Positions 56,416 to 64,000 of a stretch of DNA of 64,000 bases are shown in pieces; position 1 is the first letter of the stretch; every line of letters begins with the position of its first letter. Below the pieces are notes generated by a model. It saw only the letters and a program-made list of their open reading frames with translations, searched no databases and had not been told where the DNA came from. This DNA is from Frankiaceae bacterium (GTDB taxonomy: Bacteria > Actinomycetota > Actinomycetes > JAFAQI01): positions 39,870-103,869 of the forward strand of contig JAFAZI010000047.1 in NCBI GenBank assembly GCA_019239875.1, written 5' to 3'. A program made the translations under genes and the position numbers.

Positions 56416-59370
56416 GTGCCGACCGACACTCCTGCGACGCCGCTGGTCGGCCGGGTCGACGAGCTGAAGTCACTCGCCGACACGGTCGGCGTAGGCGGGG
56501 CCGCGCACGGCGCGGTTCTGCTGGGCGGCGACGCGGGTGCCGGCAAGAGCCGCCTGGTCCGGGAGCTGACGGCGCAGGTGCTCGACGACGGGTGGCAGGT
56601 GCTGATCGGGCACTGCCTGGACTTCGGTGATGGGTCCCCGCCGTACCTCCCCTTCAGCGAGGCGCTCGGCCGTCTCGACAGTGAGGACCCGGCGACGATC
56701 GCGTCGCTCGTCGCCGAGTTCCCGCCGATCGCGGGACTGCTGCCGGCACACCGGCTGATGTCGGACTCCGCGACTGCGCCCGAACCGACCCAGCGCGCGG
56801 CGCTGTACGAGGCAGTGCATGGCGCGTTGCCTCGGCTGAGTGACGGCCGCTCGTTGCTGTTCGTCATCGAGGACGTCCACTGGGCCGACCAGTCCACTCG
56901 CGATCTGCTCCGCTTCCTCTTCACCCGGCAGTACTCCTCCCCGATCGCCATCCTCGCGACCTACCGGAGTGACGACCTCCACCGACAACACCCGCTTCGC
57001 GCCGCTCTCGCCGAATGGGTCCGCCTGCCGTCGGTGACGCGGCTTCAGCTCGGGCCGCTCCCGGATGACGACGCCCGGCAGCTGGTACATGCCCTGCACC
57101 CCGCCGAGCTGCCCAGCAACGACCTCCGCCAGATCGTCGCCCGCGCCGAAGGCAACCCCTTCTTCATCGAAGAGCTCGTCGCGGCCGCGGAGGTGAGCGG
57201 CGGGCTGCTGCCGGCCGACCTCTCGGATCTGCTGCTAGTCCGACTCGAGCAGCTCTCCGACAACGGCCGGCGGGTGGTCCGTGCCGCTTCCGTGGCGGGC
57301 CGCCGGGTGTCACACGCACTGCTCGCATCCGGCACCGACCTCGATCCGACCTCGCTCGAGGAAGCGATCCGGGCAGCCGTCGAGGCCAACATCCTGATCC
57401 CGATCGGCGCCGATGGCTACGCCTTCCGGCACGCACTCCTCGGCGAGGCGATCTACCAGGATCTGCTGCCGGGCGAGCGAGTCCGCCTCCACGCTGCGTA
57501 TGCGCATGCGATTGCCAAGCATGAAGTCGAGGGCTCCGCCGCAGAGCTGTCGCGCCACGCCCGCGCCTCCCACGACCTCGTGACGGCAACCCGCGCCAGC
57601 GTCGATGCAGGCGACGAGGCGATGGCGGTGGGCGGTCCAGAGGAAGCGCTGCGCCACTACGAGCTCGCGCTCGAGCTGCTCGCCGACCCGAGCGTCGAGG
57701 CGGGGCTCGAAGCGCAGGACACCGACGGGGAGCCGATCGGCCAGGTCAGTCTGGTGATCCGCGCCAGCAGCGCCGCCGCTGCGGCGGGGCACCTCTTCCG
57801 GGCCGTATCCCTGGCGCACGCGCAGCTCGAGGCACTACCTGACGGCGCACCTTCGATCGACCGGGCCAATCTCATCTACGCACTCGTGACGACCGCCCTC
57901 GGCATCGACAACAACCTCGACGTTCTCGCCCTCACCACCGAAGCGGTCAGGTTGCTCGCCGACGACCCGCCGAGCAAGCTGCAGGCCCAGGTCCTCTACG
58001 TGCACGCCCGGGCGAACGCGGACCGCGCTCGCGACAGCGATGCCGCAAAGTGGGCGAGCGAGGCGTTGCAGATCGCTCGCGATCTCAAGCTCGCGGGCGT
58101 CGCGACCGATGTGCAGATCCTGCTCGCGAAGCTCGACGAACGCTCGGGCGACCCGCTGCGCGCCGAGGCGGCGATCTCCGCCGCGATCGCCGAGGCGCGG
58201 GCGGCGGCTGCGCCGCTCGCTGAGCTGCGCGGCCTGTACAACCTCGGCATCCTCCAGTACGGCCAGGGACGACTGTCCTCGGCGATCAAGCTCTTCCGCG
58301 AGTGCAACGAACGCGCGGCTGCGCTCGGCCGGCAGTGGGCGCCGTACGGTCTCGACTCGGCGATCTTCGGCGCGATAGCGGCGCACGTGAACGGCGAGTG
58401 GGACCTCGCCGCCTCGATGGTGGAGGACGGCCAGAACCCGCCGGAGCTCGCCGAGGCGTTCTTCGCGGCGATCCGCCTCGAGATCGCCGCCGGCCGGGGC
58501 AACGTCGAGGACCTCGACAACCTCCAGCAGATCCGCGACTGGTGGTCGCTGGACGGGCTGGTGGCGATCACGAGTGGCGCCGCCGCGATCGAGCTGCTCG
58601 GCCAGGTCGGGAAATACACGGCGATGCAGCAGCTTCACGACGACATCGCCGAACACGTCTCGACGTTGTGGCGGCGGCCAGGCTTCCAGGCCCGGGTGCG
58701 GCTCGCCGCACTGCTGCTGGGCCACCTTGCGACTCAGGCAGGGGTGGCAACCTACGCCGAGCGAGCCGACCTCGTCGCGCGAGCGGACCAGTTGGCCGCG
58801 GGATGCGTCGACATCGTCGTCGCGGGTGTCCACACCGGACCGGAGCTCACTGCGTGGGCAGATCGCGTCGTCGCCGAGAACGCCCGGTTGCGCTGGCAAG
58901 CTGGGATCGACTCACCGCCGCTCGCCTCCCTCGTCGAAGTCTGGCGACAGTCGGTCGCGTCGATGGCGGCCTTCGGCCATGTGCACGAGACCGCGCGGTC
59001 CCGAGCAAGACTGGCGGCCGTGCTGCTAGCAGCCGGGGACACCGCCTCGGCCGAGGCCGAAGCCGGGCAGGCCTACGAGGTTGCCGAGCGGCTTGGTGCG
59101 AAGCCCCTCCTCGAGGAGCTGCGGGCGATCACCGGTACGCCGGTCGCCGGGCCTCGGGGTGGCGCGGATCCGGAAGCGACGCTGACCCGACGCGAGCGCG
59201 ACGTGCTGTCCCTCGTGGCAACTGGGCGAAGCAACCGGGAGATCGGCAACCAGCTGTTCATCAGCGCCAAGACCGTGAGCGTTCACATCTCGAACGTGCT
59301 CGCGAAGCTCGACGCGTCGAGCCGAACTGAAGCGGTCGCTATCGCCCGCCGCCGCGGCCTGATCGACTGA
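56416..59370 (+). CDS. LAL-family (large ATP-binding LuxR) transcriptional regulator
   Basis: N-terminal AAA/NB-ARC ATPase with Walker A GGDAGAGKSRL and Walker B LFVIEDVHWAD; long helical/TPR-like middle; C-terminal LuxR HTH (LTRRERDVLSLVATGRSNREIGNQLFISAKTVSVHISNVLAKL). Confidence 0.85.
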   Translation: MPTDTPATPLVGRVDELKSLADTVGVGGAAHGAVLLGGDAGAGKSRLVRELTAQVLDDGWQVLIGHCLDFGDGSPPYLPFSEALGRLDSEDPATIASLVAEFPPIAGLLPAHRLMSDSATAPEPTQRAALYEAVHGALPRLSDGRSLLFVIEDVHWADQSTRDLLRFLFTRQYSSPIAILATYRSDDLHRQHPLRAALAEWVRLPSVTRLQLGPLPDDDARQLVHALHPAELPSNDLRQIVARAEGNPFFIEELVAAAEVSGGLLPADLSDLLLVRLEQLSDNGRRVVRAASVAGRRVSHALLASGTDLDPTSLEEAIRAAVEANILIPIGADGYAFRHALLGEAIYQDLLPGERVRLHAAYAHAIAKHEVEGSAAELSRHARASHDLVTATRASVDAGDEAMAVGGPEEALRHYELALELLADPSVEAGLEAQDTDGEPIGQVSLVIRASSAAAAAGHLFRAVSLAHAQLEALPDGAPSIDRANLIYALVTTALGIDNNLDVLALTTEAVRLLADDPPSKLQAQVLYVHARANADRARDSDAAKWASEALQIARDLKLAGVATDVQILLAKLDERSGDPLRAEAAISAAIAEARAAAAPLAELRGLYNLGILQYGQGRLSSAIKLFRECNERAAALGRQWAPYGLDSAIFGAIAAHVNGEWDLAASMVEDGQNPPELAEAFFAAIRLEIAAGRGNVEDLDNLQQIRDWWSLDGLVAITSGAAAIELLGQVGKYTAMQQLHDDIAEHVSTLWRRPGFQARVRLAALLLGHLATQAGVATYAERADLVARADQLAAGCVDIVVAGVHTGPELTAWADRVVAENARLRWQAGIDSPPLASLVEVWRQSVASMAAFGHVHETARSRARLAAVLLAAGDTASAEAEAGQAYEVAERLGAKPLLEELRAITGTPVAGPRGGADPEATLTRRERDVLSLVATGRSNREIGNQLFISAKTVSVHISNVLAKLDASSRTEAVAIARRRGLID

Positions 59371-59396
59371 GTGCGCCAACTCGATACCCTCGACCG

Positions 59397-61181
59397 ATGG
59401 CTTACGACGTGCTCATTAGAGGCGGCTTGTGGTTCGACGGGACTGGCGCTCCCGGTCGAGTGAGGGACATCGGTGTCGCCGGCGGTCGCGTCGTCGAGAT
59501 CGGAGAGGCACTCGAGGCAAGTGCCGACACGGAGATCATCGAGGCCGGTGGCAAGTGGGTGATGCCTGGCTTCATCGACGTACACACCCATTACGACGCC
59601 GAAGTGCTCGTGGCCCCGGGCATCAACGAGTCGGTCCGGCACGGCGTGACCACGGTCATGATCGGAAGCTGCTCGCTGTCGACGGTCCACGTCAGTCCAC
59701 TGGATGCGGCTGACCTGTTCAGCCGGGTCGAGGCACTTCCGCGCGCGCAGGTGCTCGACGCGCTCACTGAGAAGAAGAGGTGGACCAACCCCGAGGAGTA
59801 CATCGCCGCGATCGAGTCGCTGCCGCTCGGCCCGAACATCGCCAGCATGCTTGGCCATTCCGACATCCGCGCGGCGATTATGGGCCTCGGCCGGTCCACC
59901 GACCCTGACCTCGAGCCGACCAAGGGCGAGCTGGCCGAGATGGAGCGGGCGCTGGACGACGCCCTTGACGCCGGCTATGTCGGGCTGTCGACGATGACGA
60001 ATCCTTGGGACAAGGTCGACGGCGACCGTTACCGGTCCCGCCAGCTGCCGAGCAGCTATGCCAAGTGGAGCGAGTTCCGACGGCTCAACCGCACCTTGCG
60101 CCGCCGCAACCGCGTGCTGCAGGGCATTCCGAACCTCAACACCAAGTACGACATCATCTTCTTCCTCGGCGCGTCGACCGGAATCGGCCGCAAGCCGCTC
60201 AAAGTCTCGTTGCTTGCCGCGGCCGACCCGAAGTCGGACAAGCACCTCCACAAGGTTTTCGGCAAGCTCGCCAAGCTCACCAACGGCCGGCTCAAGGGCG
60301 CGTTCCGATGGCAGCACTTGCCGACCAAATTCGAGGTGTACGCCGACGGGATCGATCTCGTCGTGTTCGAGGAGTTCGGCTCTGGCCGCGCCGCGCTGCA
60401 TCTCAAGAACGAGGTGGAGCGCAACGCACTGCTGTCCGACGAGGCCTACCGGCGCTGGTTCCGCGCCGACTTCGAGAAGAGGTTCACGTCACGGGTCTGG
60501 CACCGCGACTTCGACGACGCCGAGATCATGGGGTGTCCCGACCAGGCGCTGGTCGGCAAGACCATCGGACAGGTCGCGCGCGAGCGCGGCATCCACGTGG
60601 TCGACGCTTTCCTCGACCTGGTGGTGGAGCACGGCACCAAGTTGCGCTGGCGGACGTCGATCGCCAACGCCCGCCCGGACAAGCTGAACTACCTCGTCAC
60701 GCAGCCCGGCGTGACGATCGGCTTCTCCGACGCCGGCGCCCATCTGCGCAACATGGCCTTCTACAACTACGCCATCCGGTTGCTGACGCGGATGCATGAA
60801 GCTCGCGAGTCCTTCATCAGGAAGGAGCACGCGGTCCACAAGCTCACCGGCGAGATCGGCGACTTCTACGGCCTCGACGCGGGACATCTGCGCGTCGGCG
60901 ACCGGGCCGACATCGCCGTCATCGACCCCGCTGGTCTCAGCGAGGTCGAGACGACCAGGTACGCCGAGGCCACGATGCCGGAGTTCGGCGGGATGAGCCG
61001 GATGGTCAACCGCAACGACGATGCCGTCGCGGCCACCGTCGTCGGCGGCAAGGTCGTGTTCCGCAACGGCGAGTTCGCGCCGGGTTACGGGTCCGAGTTC
61101 GCGGCCGGCCGGTTTCTGCGTGCCGGCGAGCCGCAGGGCAGTGTTCGCGATGTTGCTGTGACGGCTACCAGCGCGGCATAG
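59397..61181 (+). CDS. N-acyl-D-amino-acid deacylase-family amidohydrolase (D-aminoacylase-like)
   Basis: YDVLIRGGLWFDGTG...GKWVMPGFIDVHTHYD (metal-binding HxH) and the extended D-aminoacylase insertion domain. Confidence 0.75.
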   Translation: MAYDVLIRGGLWFDGTGAPGRVRDIGVAGGRVVEIGEALEASADTEIIEAGGKWVMPGFIDVHTHYDAEVLVAPGINESVRHGVTTVMIGSCSLSTVHVSPLDAADLFSRVEALPRAQVLDALTEKKRWTNPEEYIAAIESLPLGPNIASMLGHSDIRAAIMGLGRSTDPDLEPTKGELAEMERALDDALDAGYVGLSTMTNPWDKVDGDRYRSRQLPSSYAKWSEFRRLNRTLRRRNRVLQGIPNLNTKYDIIFFLGASTGIGRKPLKVSLLAAADPKSDKHLHKVFGKLAKLTNGRLKGAFRWQHLPTKFEVYADGIDLVVFEEFGSGRAALHLKNEVERNALLSDEAYRRWFRADFEKRFTSRVWHRDFDDAEIMGCPDQALVGKTIGQVARERGIHVVDAFLDLVVEHGTKLRWRTSIANARPDKLNYLVTQPGVTIGFSDAGAHLRNMAFYNYAIRLLTRMHEARESFIRKEHAVHKLTGEIGDFYGLDAGHLRVGDRADIAVIDPAGLSEVETTRYAEATMPEFGGMSRMVNRNDDAVAATVVGGKVVFRNGEFAPGYGSEFAAGRFLRAGEPQGSVRDVAVTATSAA

Positions 61182-61184
61182 CGG

Positions 61185-61661
61185 TTACACCCGGTCGTCG
61201 AAACGCGCTCGCACCGAAGGCACAGCCACACCGATCAGGCCACGCAACGACGATCGCGCGATTGCCCAGAAGTCGAAGTAGTCCCGCCACAGGCTGATCT
61301 GTCCGTCCGTGATCTCAAACGTGCCGCACACCCAGAACTGCGAGCGGTACCCGCGGAAGAACAGGGCATCGGTGCGCTCGGTCAGCACCGTGCTGCCTTC
61401 CTCCGCGATCCGATGGATCCGCACGTCGAATCCGATCCCGCGAGCCGCGAACTGGCGCGCACCTTTCGCGAACCGCTCCCGGCCCCGGATGGTCGGCAGA
61501 CCAACGTTCTCGTACACGATGTCCGACGCCACCAGATCGACGGCCGTCTCCGTGTCATTCGCCGCGAGGGCTTCGAGGAAGCTGCGGACCACCTGACTCG
61601 GCGTGGGCTGCACCGTCGCAGACCTCACGCCGTTCGGGTTCGGTTCGATGGACATCGACAT
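61185..61661 (-). CDS. limonene-1,2-epoxide hydrolase-family (SnoaL-like) protein
   Basis: MSMSIEPNPNGVRSATVQPTPSQVVRSFLEALAANDTETAVDLVASDIVYENVGLPT..., NTF2-like fold; ATG 61661 or 61655. Confidence 0.55.
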   Translation of the reverse strand: MSMSIEPNPNGVRSATVQPTPSQVVRSFLEALAANDTETAVDLVASDIVYENVGLPTIRGRERFAKGARQFAARGIGFDVRIHRIAEEGSTVLTERTDALFFRGYRSQFWVCGTFEITDGQISLWRDYFDFWAIARSSLRGLIGVAVPSVRARFDDRV

Positions 61662-61759
61662 CAGTTCCCTTCGCCGCCGGTGCGAGGGCAAGAGTAGGAC
61701 AACGGGTATACAGGCGGTCCCGGGGACTCCGGGCGACTGAAGCGAAAGGGTCACCACTC

Positions 61760-62572
61760 ATGAAGCCGAATCGGACCGGCCGCGTCATCGGGCTTGGGGT
61801 AGCGAGCGCCGCCGTACTCGGAGCCGCAGTCGCGATCACTGCGTCCGTTGCCGCCGCCTCGAGCAAGGCATCCGCTGGCGTGACGCTGTGTGCGGGCAAG
61901 CATTCGACCGTCACGTACGCGCACCGTGGCTCGTGCCCCAAGCACACCAAACGGCTCACCGTTGCCGATGCTCCTCGAGTGGCAAAGCTTCAGCATCAGG
62001 TCAAGTCGCTCACCAAGCGCGTGAAGACCCTCGAATCCACCTTGACGGGCGTGAGCCGCACGCAGCACCACGGCATGCCGTTGCTCACGATCTCCGGCGA
62101 GAACGTACAGGTGGTGAACGGCACGGGTGACGAGACGGTCGTGAACGGACTAGGCAACTTGATCTTGGGTTACAACAACAATCCCGATGCGCTCGACCGG
62201 ACCGGTTCACACAACTTGGTCGTCGGCGACGACAACGGCTACTCCAGCTACGGCGGGATCGTCGCTGGCTACGGCAATCTGATCAGCGGGATCTACGCCT
62301 CGGCAAGCGGAGGCTTCGGAAACTCCGCCAGCGGCGAATATGCCTCTGTCAGCGGCGGGACCGACAACGAGGCCAGCGGACGGTGGTCGACCGTGATCGG
62401 CGGTGACAACAACATCGCCTCCGGCATCGAAGCGTCGATTACCGGCGGAGTACTCAACACCGCGGCCGGAAGCGGAGCGTCGATCCTCGGCGGCTACAAC
62501 GGCACCGTCGCCACCGACAACTGCGCCTCAATCCCCAGCAACCCGAATACGTCGTCCCAGTGCTCGCCGTGA
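61760..62572 (+). CDS. secreted protein with Hep_Hag/YadA-head-like short repeats (..ASG..AS.SGG.N.ASG..)
   Basis: Signal peptide MKPNRTGRVIGLGVASAAVLGAAVAITASVAAA; coiled segment; then 7-mer/14-mer repeats GYGNLISGIYASASGGFGNSASGEYASVSGGTDNEASGRWSTVIGGDNNIASGIEASITGGVLNTAAGSGASILGG typical of trimeric-autotransporter head or phage-fibre beta-helices. Confidence 0.5.
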   Translation: MKPNRTGRVIGLGVASAAVLGAAVAITASVAAASSKASAGVTLCAGKHSTVTYAHRGSCPKHTKRLTVADAPRVAKLQHQVKSLTKRVKTLESTLTGVSRTQHHGMPLLTISGENVQVVNGTGDETVVNGLGNLILGYNNNPDALDRTGSHNLVVGDDNGYSSYGGIVAGYGNLISGIYASASGGFGNSASGEYASVSGGTDNEASGRWSTVIGGDNNIASGIEASITGGVLNTAAGSGASILGGYNGTVATDNCASIPSNPNTSSQCSP

Positions 62573-62661
62573 GCTGACCCGCCGACCGTGTTCCGTGGCT
62601 CTTCGCCCGGTGGCGGCCGAGCGGACACCTCCCGGACACCATCCGGGAGCACCCTTGAGGC

Positions 62662-63045
62662 ATGGGCATTCACAAGACGGTGCGGCCTACCAATCGGCGA
62701 ACTCGGGCGTCGTTGCCAGCCGACTTCACCCTCGACCACGACGAGACCACCGGACACCGATTGCGACGGCTCGCGCTCGATCCGCGCATCGACGAATTCC
62801 TCCTCGACGGCCGCGCCGTCCGGGAGGTCTCCGCTCGCGCGCTCGGACTTCTCGTCGCCATCCGTCGGCTGGCCGATGCCCGCGGCGCGGTGATGGCGCT
62901 GATCGACCCGAGTCCGGAACTGATCGAATCGATCGAGAGGCGTGGATTGGCGGGCACTCTGCTGCCACCGGAGCCCGCCGCGGTGATCAGGCAGATGTGG
63001 CCACGGCCGGACCAGATGTCGCGCGTACTTGAGCCGATGGACTGA
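62662..63045 (+). CDS. STAS-domain protein (anti-sigma-factor-antagonist-like)
   Basis: RAVREVSARALGLLVAIRRLADARGAVMALIDPSPELIESIERRGLAGTL fits the STAS pattern; RBS TTGAGG before the ATG. Confidence 0.5.
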   Translation: MGIHKTVRPTNRRTRASLPADFTLDHDETTGHRLRRLALDPRIDEFLLDGRAVREVSARALGLLVAIRRLADARGAVMALIDPSPELIESIERRGLAGTLLPPEPAAVIRQMWPRPDQMSRVLEPMD

Positions 63046-63148
63046 CATCGGAGCCGCGCGGCGCGGCTCGCTCGCTCCTCTACTACCGTGACGAGCAGTC
63101 ATCCGGGGCGGTGGAAGCGAGAGCCAAGTGCGCAGCCCGAGCAGGTTC

Positions 63149-64000
63149 GTGAGGCGCCGAGTGGCGTTCGGCCTCGCCATGGTGGCGGCTGCGGCACTCA
63201 CCGGCCTCCAACCGTTGGCGCACGCCGCTGAGACCACCATCTCTGTGAACAACCTGCGGACCGGGTGGGACCCGCACGAACCCGGACTCTCGGGTCTCGC
63301 GCCGACCGAGTCCGACTTCGGTGAACGCTTCGACGTGGCCCTTGAGGGCCAGATCTACGCACAGCCACTGATCATCGACGCCACCGGCAGCACGCCGGCC
63401 ACCCTCATCGTCGCAACGGAGACCGACAAGGTCTACGCCCTCGATCCCGACACGGGAGCGGTCCGATGGACCGACGATCTCGGCGACCCGTGGCCGGTGT
63501 CAGCCGTGAACTGCGGAAACATCAACACGCGGATCGGGATCACCTCGACCCCCGTGTACGACCCGGCGACGAAGTCGGTCTACGTGATGGCGAAGACCAA
63601 CGGCGTCACCGTTACCGGCGAACCCGACTCCGACCATCCCAACTGGCGCCTTCATGCCCTGAAGGTCACTGATGGCCACGAGCGCAGGCACTGGCCGGTC
63701 GCGATCGGCGGCTATCCGGACAACGACGCGCTCAACGCCTTCAATCCGAAGACGGTCGCCCAACGTCCAGGGCTCCTGCTGCTCGATGGCAACATCTACG
63801 CAGGGTTCGCGAGCTACTGCGACGCCGGGCCGTTCGACGGGTACGTCGCAGGCATCAGCACCACGACGCACACGATCACCTCGTTGTGGACGACAGCGGC
63901 CGGTACCGACAACGGCTGGGCGGGCATCTGGCAATCCGGCGGTGGGCTGGTGTCCGATGGGCAAGGTCGGATCTTCGTCGCGACTGGTAACGGGAACGGG
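63149..64000 (+). CDS. secreted PQQ-like beta-propeller repeat protein (N-terminal part; continues beyond window end)
   Basis: GTG 63149 gives signal peptide (V)RRRVAFGLAMVAAAALTGLQPLAHA|AETT; then QIYAQPLIIDATGSTPATLIVATETDKVYALDPDTGAVRWTDDLGDPW... (PQQ/BamB-like repeats). No stop before 64000, so absent from the track. The minus-strand ORFs 63083-63277 and 63500-63964 are shadows of it. Confidence 0.5.
   Translation, partial: MRRRVAFGLAMVAAAALTGLQPLAHAAETTISVNNLRTGWDPHEPGLSGLAPTESDFGERFDVALEGQIYAQPLIIDATGSTPATLIVATETDKVYALDPDTGAVRWTDDLGDPWPVSAVNCGNINTRIGITSTPVYDPATKSVYVMAKTNGVTVTGEPDSDHPNWRLHALKVTDGHERRHWPVAIGGYPDNDALNAFNPKTVAQRPGLLLLDGNIYAGFASYCDAGPFDGYVAGISTTTHTITSLWTTAAGTDNGWAGIWQSGGGLVSDGQGRIFVATGNGNG

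Noticed and set aside
62494-63252. 252-aa minus-strand ORF and 63500-63964 minus-strand ORF
   Set aside because: Overlap the STAS gene and the signal-peptide-bearing PQQ-propeller ORF on the plus strand; compositionally antisense-like.

Overview
High-GC (about 70%) actinobacterial chromosomal window with dense coding on both strands. No CRISPR array, transposase or integrase is visible. The contents, in order along the window, are as follows. (1) 1-5.6 kb: a conserved housekeeping block on the minus strand (asd (partial), ask/lysC, recR, ybaB, dnaX), with the SRP RNA (ffs) and a tRNA-Ser(GGA) just upstream. (2) 5.6-7.4 kb: a lower-GC stretch with a lipoprotein, an ArsR/SmtB regulator plus STAS anti-sigma-factor antagonist pair, and a candidate c-di-AMP (ydaO-type) riboswitch leading into an Rpf-type resuscitation-promoting factor that has a His-rich linker and a LysM domain. 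(3) 8.2-11.1 kb: a DUF2156 (MprF C-terminal-like, aminoacyl-tRNA-dependent transferase) membrane protein translationally coupled to a group-II PLP decarboxylase. (4) 11.1-12.8 kb: tRNA-Ser(CGA) carrying a tandem duplication of its 3' end, then tadA and two TadA-associated paralogs. (5) 12.8-16.6 kb: a sulfate-assimilation locus (sirA/nirA with a downstream 4-Cys zinc-ribbon ORF, divergent cysH, sirB/cbiX, zf-UBP). (6) 16.6-19.2 kb: two more cell-wall remodelling enzymes (a RipA-like NlpC/P60 endopeptidase and an MltB-like lytic transglycosylase). (7) 19.2-35.7 kb: about 16 kb of genes all on the minus strand, in two parts. (7a) A cell-surface protein cluster: three paralogous secreted proteins sharing a two-Trp N-terminal domain, a possible CscA/DUF916-like C-terminally anchored protein, and a small protein with an LPXTG-like MPMTG sorting signal. 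(7b) An atypical phosphate-uptake operon, gene order DUF1508 protein, pstB, pstC, pstA, pstS, joined by ATGA start/stop overlaps. It continues straight into a 909-aa orphan secreted, C-terminally anchored protein and a sortase-fold protein that has no cysteine at all (catalytic Cys and His positions replaced), and is followed by a second, secreted PstS-like protein behind its own PHO-box. (8) 35.7-48.3 kb: two alpha/beta hydrolases, a divergent pair of neutral-ceramidase-family secreted proteins, a thiolase/MaoC dehydratase/acyl-CoA dehydrogenase beta-oxidation operon, an acyl-CoA synthetase and a PEP-mutase/ICL-family enzyme. (9) 48.4-64 kb: dipZ, an 886-aa RTX-type calcium-binding repeat protein, a class-V aminotransferase, a GH18-like protein, an LAL (ATPase-LuxR) regulator followed by a D-aminoacylase, a limonene-epoxide-hydrolase-like protein, a Hep_Hag-like repeat protein, a second STAS protein, and the start of a secreted PQQ-propeller-like protein that runs off the window. 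Many long minus/plus-strand 'shadow' ORFs in the track (Arg/Pro-rich, antisense to well-supported genes) were rejected. The most promising undescribed system is the pst operon with its attached surface proteins and cysteine-less sortase homolog.
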